DNA of 63,910 nucleotides from the NCBI RefSeq assembly GCF_001194135.2, contig NC_068982.1:89000056-89063965 (forward strand), in the 5' to 3' direction. Position 1 is the stretch's first letter. Each line of letters starts with the position of its first letter. Positions 51,478-63,910 of this stretch are shown piece after piece. The notes under the pieces were generated by a model. That model made no database searches, had not been told where the DNA came from, and was given only the letters and a program-made list of their open reading frames with translations. This stretch comes from Octopus bimaculoides. Taxonomy: Eukaryota. The position numbers and the translations under genes were made by a program.

Positions 51478-53593
51478 AATCATTATTTTCTTGATACATT
51501 TAATATGTACGCTAATAAAAATGTATTGAATGATCATTCAGTTTAATGTTACATTGCTTATTTTAATATATAACTTCACATGAAAACAAATATCAATATA
51601 TACATACATGCGTACATAAATACACACATATACGTACAGATGGATGGATGGATGGATGGATGGATGGATGGATAGATGGATATGTAATTTTTGCGTATGC
51701 ATTGCAATGAAGATTTAACAATGAAATATGTATTGATAGTATTTGTTAGAGTCATGCGCAGTTTGTATGATTAATTTCAGCATTTGGTAAGTGCTATGGT
51801 GAAAATAATCAATCAATAGATGCTATCTTTATTGATTTTGTGTGATTTCTTAGCAGACGTCAATTGTTGTGGCTGGAGCCCTTTAACCAAATCCAAAGCT
51901 TTTATGAAAAATATTGAAAAAGAATCAGCAAAATATTAGTCTCACGGAAAAAAAAAAACGCTTTTTGAAGGCATTGTTGGGGAGTTAAAGAGATCATATT
52001 GCAACCAAGTTGCTCTGCCGGGTGATTTTGTGAAATCTTCAGTACTTTAGCCTTTACGAGTTATGATTGACTGAAAATGTACAAGCTGCATCCACTGTCC
52101 GTCTGTTCCTCTGTCCGATCGTCCAGTTGGCCGTCCATACTTACTTACATACATAGATTCTATTGTCTCCGATAAGATACAATAGTGCACAGTTATATTT
52201 CAAAGGGAGTATTTCTGTGATGCTGTTTATACTTTCGACAAACCTCTCGTTCTTTTTGTTAAAGTAATTTTGAGGATATGCGATTGACTAAAGGCAGAAA
52301 CACTAATCAAGCACATTGTTTCTTTGTGGATGATCTATAAGTATTTGCCAAGTATATGAAGATATCAAGGAAAGCTTTATCTTTGTTACAACTTTCTCAA
52401 AAGTTGTAAGAATGGATTTGAGGTTGAATATATGTCCTTACATGGTTGTAAAACGAAGAACTCACAGTCTCATCAAGCAAACTTTTCATCAAATGGCTCA
52501 TTTCTGCAGTAGCATGCAAACGTGATAGACTAGAAATAATGGACTGAGACGGAGAGAAATTATGCACAGGAGTTGAAATCATTTATCTAGCAGATGTCAG
52601 CATAGTTTTTCAAGTTTGACGAAAGTAGAACTCTATGGCGAATCGAAGACAGCTCTTAAGTTACTCCTCTTGTCTATAGTTTATATTACCTCCTATAATA
52701 ATTGGAGGCCTTCAACATGTGCCTCCGTACTGCTCTTGAGTAGTTGGGTTCCACAAAATCACAAAGGCACAGACAAAATATGGAAAACATTTAAGAATTT
52801 TAGTAATACGTGTATATAAACTTGAATATACATACATGTATATACTTAATTGCGTATACATAACTCAAACTATACAGACCCACATACGTAATGACATTTA
52901 TACGTCTACGTGTTTATATTCACACATACATCAGTACGTACGTACATACATACATACATACATACATACATACATACATACATACATACATACATACATA
53001 CGTACATACATACATACATACAAGACTACCTCGTTAATGTCTAAATGTGAATGAGAGTCCTGCTTCTGGATTTGAACATGAAATCGTTTTTTTTTCTGTT
53101 GGTGAAAAATTTGAAAAAGGAAAATCAGGAAAATCCGAGTGTGTATATTCAGGAATATACGCATATACACATGTACAAGGGTGGGCTCGCACATACATAC
53201 NNNNNNNNNNNNNNNNNNNNNNNNNNNNNNNNNNNNNNNNNNNNNNNNNNNNNNNNNNNNNNNNNNNNNNNNNNNNNNNNNNNNNNNNNNNNNNNNNNNN
53301 NNNNNNNNNNNNNNNNNNNNNNNNNNNNNNNNNNNNNNNNNNNNNNNNNNNNNNNNNNNNNNNNNNNNNNNNNNNNNNNNNNNNNNNNNNNNNNNNNNNN
53401 NNNNNNNNNNNNNNNNNNNNNNNNNNNNNNNNNNNNNNNNNNNNNNNNNNNNNNNNNNNNNNNNNNNNNNNNNNNNNNNNNNNNNNNNNNNNNNNNNNNN
53501 NNNNNNNNNNNNNNNNNNNNNNNNNNNNNNNNNNNNNNNNNNNNNNNNNNNNNNNNNNNNNNNNNNNNNNNNNNNNNNNNNNNNNNNNNNNNN

Positions 53594-53742
<149 letters not shown>

Positions 53743-54129
53743 GCATATGTTTATATGTGTATTAATGCATGTGTGTGTATCTGTCTGCGACTTATTTCGT
53801 TGTCGAATATACACGAAGACGAGGGAAGTTCTCCTGTCTCGGATTCAGCACCTCCTGGTCGGCCACTCTCAGCATCAGAAATACAGTGAATTATTGAGAA
53901 CCAGTAACTATAGTTTGCTTCACAAGTTTCGAAAGCAAATATACGATATACTGGCGATTAGCCAAAGTAACCTAGATATAGTTACGTATGAATAAATATA
54001 CATGCAAACATGATACAAACACAAAGGTAATATGTCGAGCAACTTCACTCACACTATTCTTACGCACACATACACATACACACATAAACAAACAGACACA
54101 CACATTCACATTTATATATACACACACAA

Positions 54130-54170
<41 letters not shown>

Positions 54171-54230
54171 TAGATAGACACACACATACCTATATGTATA
54201 TACATGTATGTATATATGCATGAATGTATG

Positions 54231-54261
<31 letters not shown>

Positions 54262-54787
54262 GCGCGCGCATGCGTGTGAGAATAGTGTGAGTGGAGTTGC
54301 TTGACATATACCATTATTTTTAACTCCATGATGTGTTCCTGTATTCAGAATAAGAAAGCTTTGCAGAGGATAGTAACAAAGATCATAGAGTGTGCAAAAA
54401 GAAGTGATAAGGGATTGGAAATTTTCGTGTGAACCTATTTACTTATACCATTCTTACATGTGTTCCAGTGCAGACTGGCAGACTGCACATGCAAATTTCA
54501 TATGACACGATTGACTAAGTATATCTCCACATCATCATTTGATATCAAGTTCAGAAACAATTTCATAACAATCTCTCCAAACTCGATTATAATATACATA
54601 CATACATACATTTATATATATATATATNNNNNNNNNNNNNNNNNNNNNNNNNNNNNNNNNNNNNNNNNNNNNNNNNNNNNNNNNNNNNNNNNNNNNNNNN
54701 NNNATAGATAGATACATACATACATACATACATTCATACATACATACATGCATACATATGTATATACATATACATTTAAGTAAATTA

Positions 54788-55109
54788 GAGTCATCAGGAA
54801 GGAATACGGTTGGACAGATATTTATTTAATCACGACAAATGTTTTTACACAATTTAGTTCTTCATATATACAGGTATTTAATTATGCAACCGTTTACCTG
54901 TATAATGAGATCCAGTTGTATTTCCTCCGAGGCGTTTTACTAACGGAGACAGCAACTGAATATCACCTGAGGAAATGCAACTGAATCCCCATGATACAGG
55001 TAAACGATTGCATAATCAAATACCTGTATATATCAAGAACTATATTGTGTGCAAATAATTGTCATGATTAAAAAATTAACTGTCCAAACGTATTCCTTCC
55101 CTTTGACTC
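54788..55109. repeat. Foldback inverted repeat: ~140-bp arms (54788-54927, 54969-55109), 41-nt spacer
   Basis: For example tagttcttcatatatacaggtatttaattatgcaaccgtttacctgtat pairs with atacaggtaaacgattgcataatcaaatacctgtatatatcaagaacta; the outer arms ggaaggaatacggttggacag and ctgtccaaacgtattccttcc also pair. Confidence 0.92.
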
Positions 55110-55589
55110 AAACTTATTCAGTTTTATTTTCACACAAAACGAATGTCAAAATCTAAACTTGGAAGTATATCCTAATCGGACCAGCTATTCGGTAATTCTT
55201 AGAGTAAACGAAGTCTATACTGTACTCTGCGACGTTTCTTACGGAATATACCTTAAATAACACTGTCAATAGCCAAATAACTGGTTAAAGTCGCGATTTT
55301 TGAATCAGAGTACTACGAAGGGTCAAAGGATGGAAAGACTAAAGTCTACACTTCGTGCTAAACCAAAAAATGAACCGACCAAAAATGAATATTTCGGATA
55401 ATAAAATTTCACTTGTGCATCCTAACATGAGGAACAGATCCACAATCGGATAATACCAAAATAAACATCAAATACATCCAATATCACTCATAGCAGGCAC
55501 GCAGAAGCACGTTAACAGCCTGCGAAATGAAAACTGCCAGCGTCTACTAATTTCAAATAAACCAGATGGGTGTGATAGCATCGAAGTCG

Positions 55590-55815
55590 GAGGTTGTTTA
55601 CTAACGAAGACAGCAATTGAATATCACCTGAGGAAGTACAACTGGATCCCATTATAGAGGCAAACGGCTGCATATTCAAATACTTGTATATATGAAGAAC
55701 TATGTTGAGCGGAAACATTTGTTGTGATTAAAAATTAACTGTCCAACCGTATTCCTTCCTGTTGACTCAAACTTATTCAATTTTATTTTCACATATGACG
55801 AATGCCAAATTCTAG
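55590..55815 (+). repeat. Direct copy of the spacer plus right arm of the 54788-55109 foldback
   Basis: tttactaacgaagacagcaattgaatatcacctgagga...aactgtccaaccgtattccttcc..tgactcaaacttattca aligns with 54930-55155. Confidence 0.9.
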
Positions 55816-56125
55816 TCTAAGAATCAACCTCAGTACTTATATTTCTAAGTTTGATACTTACCCTATCGGTCTTTTTTCCGAACCGCTAAGTTATGAGGAC
55901 ATAAAAGCACCTACACCGGTTGTCACGCGGTGGTGGGGAACAAACACACAAAAACACGCACACATAGACGTCAATATTTGTGACGGGCTTCTTTTGGACT
56001 CATCTACAAAATCCACTCACACGACTTTGGTCCGCCCGAGGCAACAGTAGATGACACTTGGCAGTGGAACTGAACTTAGAACAATGTGGTTGGGAAACAA
56101 GCTTCTTATAACATAGCTACGCCTT
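55815..56125 (-). mobile_element. SINE family B, near full length
   Basis: tgtggttgggaaacaagcttctt head, gacgggcttctttt..aaatccactcac core and ccctatcggtcttttttccgaaccgctaagttatg tail. Confidence 0.8.
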
Positions 56126-56129
56126 TTTT

Positions 56130-56530
56130 TCAGTTTCCTGTCGCATTTCAGATGTGGCAAATTTTGATTAATTATATTGAAGGCCTCAACATTCATAGGA
56201 TTATTCGTTCAAGCGTTTCTATTTTGCTGTTTACAGGCCTTAAATCATTGGTATCAGTTGGCTCTTCTCTGTATATTTCGTTGTCAATTTATGATGGTAG
56301 ATAACGTTTTTCAATCAAAATATCTTTTACTTCTTTTAGTCTTCTCTTTCGGGTGTTTGAATTTGATACGAAAGTATATCTTCTTTTAATCTGATTGAAT
56401 GGAATATTGATTCTCGCGTGTTTCGGATGACAAAATATAAAAAACAAATAATGCCTCGAGTCTTTGGTTTAAAATATGCATCTTTCTCGATTCTATTCAG
56501 TTTCTTTTGTAACCAATATGTCTTAGAATA
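56130..56530 (-). mobile_element. Neptune-type PLE RT-thumb fragment (related to the 17.3-kb copy)
   Basis: Across frameshifts: KPKTRGII..CHPKHARINIPF...SNSNTRKRRLKEVKDILIEKRY...NPMNVEAFNIINQNLPHLK, parallel to RLQELKNTLIDRHYP...EAFTIITQNIPML. Confidence 0.65.
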
Positions 56531-57822
56531 GTTATGTATCTTTGCTCTGTTTCATAGTATGCTACGTTAATAATATTTATGAGTCTTAAAGTAAAAAAAA
56601 AAGTCGATCCAAGCTTTGTTTCTATGCTATTAAACAATCATCTAAATATCATTTTCTATTTTCCATCAAATAATTATAAAAAAACATTTCACATTTTTAC
56701 CTAGATTTTGGGGGCCTGCCACAGTTCCCATTGCTATTCAATTTATTAAACCAAAATAGTATATTTGAACGCAGGCTAAACACATCAAATGAAACTATTA
56801 GGTTTCTTCATTCGCTGTAAATGGAATGTCATTTAATATATCTAAGTGTTGCAATATGTAGCTCCGCATATGTTCCAAATATAGTTTTATCCAAAAGTCA
56901 CTCAATTTTGGGGTTTCACACGACGGAATAGTCACTATCTCTGTTAATTTTAAGTCATTTGGGAGAATGAAAGATTGTTTATTTTACATATGATGATTCT
57001 TTGCTGAAATCATTTATTATCCCATTTTTGCTGATTGAATTTTTGATAATCTACAAAAATTGAAAACTATATTTAGATTATTTGATCTTATGGGAAGAAA
57101 GCTTAGGCAAGCTTTCTGACTCATAAATGGTATTAACATGATACAGTTTTACATTATGAAGTCAGGTACTTTATCTCTGTCAATCCGTTACTATATAAAT
57201 TAATTAGGATGTTAAGTCAATTCTGTTGATTATAGTTGTAAATATATTTTCATAATAACTGTTTACTTCATGCCTGGATAAGGCGATAGTTTATAGAAAT
57301 CTATATCCATTGTGACCACACTACAGCTTTTATGTTTCATTTTCAAAAAGTTTTCAATGCAATGATATTTTTCATTTCTCATCTGCTGAAATTTGAACGT
57401 ATCGTAGTAGAAACTTATATGGAAAATGAGCTATATGATTACAGAAATTATCGAGTTCTTTATTTCTACCTTTCGGCGGGTAATATTTACTTTATTTTCT
57501 AACGACATACTAATTGTCATCTTAATGAAATAACTCTTGTGTAATTCATAATTTTTGACGAAAGTTTGAACTATCTTTGACTTCACTGACACTCCAGTTT
57601 CGTGGAGTTCGTGTATATGAAGGTCCTTTGCAAATGTGCTTATCTATTCTACTGATAACAACTTTAGGGACAAATCAATTTTGGTTTCTCATGTTTGATT
57701 ATTCCATCTGGTGTTTCTGTTCCATTCGACAGCATCTAAAAAATGGCTTTAAAGATTGTGATTGGTTGGGTCTGTTCCCTGTCAATATATCGTCGAGGAG
57801 ATCAACAATATTACATTGGCTT

Positions 57823-58036
57823 GAGGCGGCGAGCTGGCAGAAACGTTAGCATGCCGGGTGAAATGCTTAGCGGTATTTCGCTTGTCTTTACGTCCTGAGT
57901 TCAAATTCCGCCTAGACCGACTTTGTCTTTCATCCTTTCGGAATCGATAAATTAAGTACCAGTTGCGTACTGGGGTCGATCTAATCAACTGGCCCCTTCC
58001 CCCAAATCTTCGGGCTTTGTGCCTAGAGTAGAAAAG
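57823..58036 (+). mobile_element. SINE family A, best-preserved copy with a 16-bp target-site duplication
   Basis: A-box-like TGGCAGAAACGTTAG and B-box GAGTTCAAATTCC. Flanked by aatattacattggctt (57807-57822) and aatattacattagctt (58037-58052). Confidence 0.92.
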
Positions 58037-58189
58037 AATATTACATTAGCTTACGTAATTATCTTCAAAGCTGTTTCTCTTGTAATTATTTTCAATAATC
58101 TTTACCCTATAATTATTTTCAAACATGTTTCTCTTATAATTGTTCTTACCTTGTTGAAAACATATTCTTCTTCTTATGGCTAATACTTT

Positions 58190-58850
58190 GCATGAGGAAG
58201 GAGACCAATGTGAAAGCTAACAAACTCAAAAGTACTTGACTCGGGGCAAATCTAGACGGTCTGGCATTAGTTGCATTGGATCAGCAGCACCAAAATTTAT
58301 CCCAAACTAAATGCAGCAAGAGGCTAATATCAAATGTAGATTATGCAATCAGAACAAGGTAAATGTTCACATCATATCTGTCTGCTCAGTCTTTACAAGT
58401 GCACAATGTACCCACGTATATAACATAGAATTATGTCCATCCATTGGCATTTGTGTGTTTAATGCAAATATGCTGACACTTAAACGTAACTTCGAGAAGC
58501 AATAAAAGCATGTACAAAACAAAATATACGATACTAACACAATGGATACAATAATATTGGAAATGACTGCCCAAAGAGAGAGTAAAAGATAATGCAATCT
58601 TCCCATATTGACAGATCTGAGAAGGGAGAATGTTATATAATCTGGGTAAATGAAATCGTGCATAGAGTTAATGCAAAATGTGCAACTTTTACATGCAGAA
58701 AATATGGAGAAGTGTAAGTGAACGCCAGGTACACTATAATCACTAAACAACGGTTCCAGGATACAATGTAGTGCGATAACAGTAAATGGTTAAATTGTTC
58801 CTATGGCATAGAAACTATCAAAGAGAAGTTACATGCAAAGGATGATTGAT
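58190..58850 (+). mobile_element. R4/Dong-like RLE retrotransposon fossil (older family)
   Basis: IKCRLCNQNKVNVHIISVCSVF (CCHC region), followed by degraded IILEMT..DRSEKGECYII. Confidence 0.5.
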
Positions 58851-60020
58851 GCATGAAAAGTATATACCGTGTTCCCAGTTTCTGAACAACGATTCTCTTG
58901 GTATTTGTCAGACCATTTAATAGAGTCGAGAAAGCAGATAAGATCATAATAGAGTAAAAATCAATGTTAGGTCATAGATTTTCTTTTACCAATTGATAGC
59001 AGAACCGAAGCAAAAAAATAATAAAATAATGGAAATCTTCTACATTGCGGGGAAAACCTCAGAAGGCTGTGCTCTTAAGAAAATCTTTGCTTGTGTAACA
59101 CTGGTACTGTTTTGTAACTGTTGTGAAGCTTCGAGTCAACAAAACAGTATAGGTTCAATTTCCACTTAGCTATAAGTTGTATTTATATATGGGTTGGTTT
59201 TACATAACAACATATCACTCTGAATTAAGAAATATATTTATAAATATGTTCAATGTTGAATCGTGGTTTTCCAAAAGTTAAAACTATTATGGAACGGTCA
59301 CTGCTTGAAGACTGTGATCATACATTCAGGGATCATCTAGAGTTAAACAAAGACAAAAAATTCAAAACTTTTTTTGCCAAAAGAAGATCGACATTTTACT
59401 GATTCATGTTAGGCAACTTTCCAAGTATCAAGAGGCAAATTAACAGTAAATTAGAAATAGTTGAATGGAATATTATAGTTATACTATTCCATTTAGCTAT
59501 GTCTAAAACAAATGATAAAAGCTATAGCAGATTTCAGCGGATTTGAACTCAAAACACAGAGAATACCCCCCAGAGAATTCAATCTAATACGGTAGAGATT
59601 CAACCAGTTAGCCTTGTACGTACAAATAGACATAAAGATACGCATACTATTTTGAAGGAAGTTGCTTACTAATTAGTTTTTAAAAGGTACACTGCACGGA
59701 ATTTTTTTATAAATTCCACTTTTAACACATTTTTAAAAAATCAAAATGGTGTTTTAATGCTTGTTTTATTTTTTTAATATTTGAAGAAGTCCCTTCAATC
59801 ACAAATTTTATTCAATGCGACATTTCAATTTACCGTAGAGTAGTTAAACGTATCTTTATATTTCTGGAAATATGAAGATCGCCCAAATATTTGCAACGCT
59901 ATTTTCAACAAATTATAAGTTTAATCGAGCGCCAGCCAAATTATGTTGATTTCAGTACCCTTTCGCATTTCTTGGACATTTTGGAGGAAACAGAAAGCGG
60001 AATAAATAAAGAAGTAGTTT

Positions 60021-60870
60021 TAACTTACGTCAGCTAGGGATAAGTATAGAATTACACCTCACTACCGATTCGATATTGTTATCTCATAACGTTCAGGAAA
60101 ATAGATATATTTTGATGAAATTTTCTACAAATACTTTTCAAATGGTGTAGATAGCGATTATTTTGGAATTTAATGTGGAAAAAAATGGGGAGGGTGATAT
60201 TTCCTGTATCTCGACCTTGTTTTCCCCATACATTTTGATAATTTCATTACAATTATGCTAGAAAAAATTACTTATGAAGACAATTCCACCCTTTCCCGAA
60301 AATTATCTAAAAGAAATATTTATAAAAAAGAAAATACAATGCAATTATTATTTTTTGAAAACCCATTTTTCCATTATTTTTTGACGATAGATCTGAGTTC
60401 AAATTTCACAGAAGTCGACTTTGCCTTTCATCCTTTCGAAAGATCGATAAAATAAGTAGCAGTTGAACACTAGGGTCGATGTAATCCCACTAATTCTCTC
60501 CCTCAAAACTTCAGACCGTGTACCTATGAAAGAAAGGAAAAGAAAGGTGGCCGGCTCCCACTTGGTTGCTTAGTTCGCTAAAAACAGCAGGGAACACATG
60601 AATCTCAAATGTTTATCTTTTTTCAACCTAATTGTTATTAAAATAATCAAAACGATGAAAAATACAAAGTGAAGACGCTTGAAATATCCGTTTGCCCTTC
60701 CCCATTGTTTCCACAATAAATTCCTGCATAATGGCAATCTGAACCATATGAAAGATATTTATAGAAAATTTCATTAAAACATACCCATTTTTCTGAAAGC
60801 CATGAGGAAACAAAATTGAGGCGTGTGAATTATCTGGAACTCGTCTCCCTAAAGGCTCCCCAACTTCTAG
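60021..60870 (+). mobile_element. Non-autonomous element with ~180-bp internal inverted repeats and a CTAG|T end (Helitron/Helentron-like), carrying a SINE A fragment at ~60390-60530
   Basis: 60080-60257 aligns with the reverse complement of 60629-60810 (e.g. ttttgatgaaattttctacaaatac vs ttttaatgaaattttctataaatat). Ends caacttCTAG|tatg. The left boundary is approximate. Confidence 0.55.
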
Positions 60871-61357
60871 TATGTATGTATATATGTATGCATGTATGCA
60901 TGTATGTATATATGTATGCATGTATGCATGTATGTATCTATGTATGTGTGGTGTGTGCGTGCGTGTGTGTGTGCCCGTGTGTGTATTTAAGTATACGGGC
61001 ACATATGTATGTATGTACACATATACGTGTGTGCAGGTATGTATATTAATATCTATACAAAATTCATTACAGATGGCCATATGTTTCGTTCTATATACTG
61101 ATATACGGAATGTTTAAAAGAATTATCTTATTCAGTTAAAGGAGCTTGTACTTTAAAAATAGGATGGTCTTACTGAAGATATGTTTTTTTTTTCTAAATA
61201 CAGAGACGAAAAGAGATATGCTAAATTGGAATAAATCAGGAAGGCTGGTATCTGTGGTCGATGAATTGTTGCTAGAAAATTAAGGATAGACCTCTACAGA
61301 AATTCAAAGAAGAATTATAATTTGATAAAGAGAAGAAAGGAAATTTTATAATTAAAT

Positions 61358-61399
<42 letters not shown>

Positions 61400-62504
61400 G
61401 GAATGAAGATGCAAGGTGATTGTATAGGTGGTAGGAACGCCTTGAAAACGTCTTTATAAATGTTCGAAACGCCACGACAAACGATTTCCCTTGTGAATGT
61501 GTACAAGGAAAAGTTAATAAAAATTCTAAAATATAATTGTGTTCATTAAGTAGAGTGCAACTATAATCCATGGTTTAAACTAATTATAATAAGTGAATTT
61601 CAAAATCCGTCTAATTAGAAATAACATGTCTAGAAAAATATAACTATTAACACCTTTGTTAAAACTTGTCCGTCTTGTATTGCCTGTCCGCCCTCCTTTT
61701 TTTTTGTGTGTTGGCGTATTACTAAATACATATGAGCGGCAGATTCATGTTATTCCTGTAACATGTTGCTGAAGTACCTAGTGAGCAGTCTAAGAGATAT
61801 GAAGCGAAGACGAGGAAAACATAAGGAGAATATTAAGGAGAATGAGAAAAAGAAAAGATACAGACAAGGAGAAAGAAGAGGAAGTGTAATATGACAGACG
61901 ATTATTAAATAACTATTAGATATCTACATAATGTTGGAAGTAGTTTAGTGTGACGTGTGAAACTAACAGAGAATTAACAATTGCAGAATTAAAAGACACA
62001 AAATTTGGGATTTTCTTTTTCTTTTTTTCTTTTTTTGCAGAAAGAATGTCATTTGCTTATGCGTTTCGCTCTATCGCATAATTCAGACAGTGGTTTGAAA
62101 AGTTAACACTTTACCTCATGAGTGAGAGAGAGAGAGACAGGCAAACAGACAGACAGAGACAGAGACAGAGACAGACAGACAGACAGACAGAGAGTGAGAG
62201 AGAAGGAAATGAAGGGTGAGAGAGACGGAATGAGAGACAGGTAGAAATTTAAAGCAGGAGGAAATATTTTAAGATATTCATATGCATGTACGCATATATG
62301 TATAAGTATCAGTGCGTGTCTGTCTGTGTTTGGTTGTGGCTGTGTGTGTTTGGATGAGGTTGGGTGCAACTGCGTTGGACTTCTAGAGTTGGTTTACGAA
62401 AGGTGAAAGGCATAACTGAAACAGAAGTTATTTTTACAAATATACACTTCGTAGATGTAACAAGTTGAAAGCTTAATTTATCTTTTCAGATTGCTACTTA
62501 CACA

Positions 62505-62575
62505 ATTAGCATGTATGTACTATAATTTGTACTTACACAATTAGCATGTGTGTACTATAATTTGTATTTATAATT
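62505..62575. repeat. ~35-bp tandem duplication
   Basis: tacttacacaattagcatgtatgtactataatttg followed by tacttacacaattagcatgtgtgtactataatttg. Confidence 0.9.
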
Positions 62576-63147
62576 TGTATTAGTATTCCGGTACGAAGAG
62601 ACACTACGATATCCGATAACTAGGAACTATTGTGGCTACTAGCGGAAAACATCAGCTACAGTCAGTACAACGGCAGTCACACATCATACCAGCGGGAGGA
62701 ACCCACTTTACAACAGTAAATTAGATAACAAAATGAATTGCAGAAGAGTAAAATAGCGGTTTATCAATCAGGAAGTTATTTTAGTGTTAAGACAAATGTA
62801 TCGGCTATTGTGCTTTACTGTCATTGTTGACTCCACTACGTTAAGAAGTGACATTTGAATGATTTAAACTAAGTTAAGTCATATAACTGAACATGGTTAC
62901 GGACAGTTAGGAATGAATAAAAGGGTGTACCTTCTGTCCAAGAATGGGTACTACAGGAGATTACGGCATGTAGACTGTTCATGCATAGCAGCAAAAGAAC
63001 AAGGCAAAAAACAAAATGTTGAAGAATACCAGAATTAGTAGAGTTCATATACATACTGTTATAAACTTAGATGCGTACATACATAGGCACATACGTACAT
63101 ACATATGCGCATACATACATACATACATACATACATACATACATACA

Positions 63148-63178
<31 letters not shown>

Positions 63179-63662
63179 GAGCTGCTCAGTGGATGTTGAC
63201 ATAAAGCTGAAGATCAGTAAAAAAGAGAATACCTATGCTGAACTATTGAGAAATCTGCAGTTACTCTATCCAGGTTACAAGTTTAGGTCTATACCTGTAG
63301 TTATTGAGGCACTGGGATATGTAACACACTGCCCAAATACCAATCTTGAGAAGTTAGGCTTCTCAAAACCAGAAAGAAGAAAGGCGATTGGAAGACTACA
63401 AATCCACTCCATCACTGGAACTGTAAAAATCTGTAAAACTTTCCAGAAGTTTAACATTGAAGTAAATATGGGCATCTCTAGATATACAAGGATAAGCATG
63501 AGAAAACTTACGTAAAACAAAGCATACAAATCTGCACGTATAAATACATACATAGAAAAATTATCCTGTTATTGATGTTGAAATTCCAGTGAATGAGGCT
63601 TGGATCTAGGTTAGAAACTGGCTCTGTGTGGACTAGAAATCTCGAGATAAAACTGAATAATG
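63179..63662 (+). mobile_element. R4/Dong-like RLE retrotransposon 3' end plus 3' UTR, strongly 5'-truncated
   Basis: SCSVDVDIKLKISKKENTYAELLRNLQLLYPGYKFRSIPVVIEALGYV...TGTVKICKTF with the frame intact. Bounded by (TACA)n on the left and tacatacat on the right. Confidence 0.88.
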
Positions 63663-63910
63663 ATATACATACATGCATAAATGCATAGATATATTTTAAC
63701 ACATCGGATACATTCGCACATCAACATAGGAACACCTTCATACACATTTACACATATAAACATTCATGCAGATACATATACTCGCAAATATAAGTAAAAA
63801 GAAATAGGAAAATGACTGAGAAAATATACACAATGACGCAAGCTAAGTGAAACTTAATACTAAAATGAGCATTTTACTTCATATGTATATATATATATAT
63901 ATATATATAT

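Noticed and set aside
57823-57910. tRNA-like A and B boxes
   Set aside because: This is a SINE head: no cloverleaf, multiple diverged copies, flanked by a TSD.
59680-59700. ttaaaaggtacactgcac, a Kolobok-like terminus
   Set aside because: No matching opposite terminus found.

Overview
AT-rich eukaryotic animal DNA from a gapped draft assembly, with 12 N-runs (1950-2349, 18627-19144, 20218-20705, 32056-32143, 33367-33581, 34732-35153, 40253-40532, 41990-42655, 44964-44973, 51110-51144, 53201-53593, 54628-54703), nearly all flanked by microsatellites. Composition, microsatellite density and the SINE families suggest an octopus/cephalopod genome (inference from recognition, not a search). I recognise no intact cellular protein-coding gene, rRNA, tRNA or CRISPR array; the window reads as intergenic or large-intron DNA. 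It is a layered transposon graveyard: a full-length pseudogenised mariner with both TIRs, two further mariner fragments and a mariner MITE, Tx1/L1-like and CR1/L2-like LINE fossils, several R4/Dong-like RLE retrotransposon fragments, three Penelope-like element (PLE) fragments, a hAT (Buster/Charlie-like) fossil, two probable non-autonomous Helitron-type elements and many tRNA-derived SINEs. The best leads are two minimal hammerhead-ribozyme motifs with palindromic stem III (one abutting a 158-bp, 98%-identical inverted duplication), a ~320-bp foldback with ~140-bp arms, apparent (TACA)n association of one R4/Dong family, and several unclassified repeat pairs. I do not see convincing evidence of a wholly new biological system. 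Boundaries of degraded elements are approximate and all alignments were done by eye.
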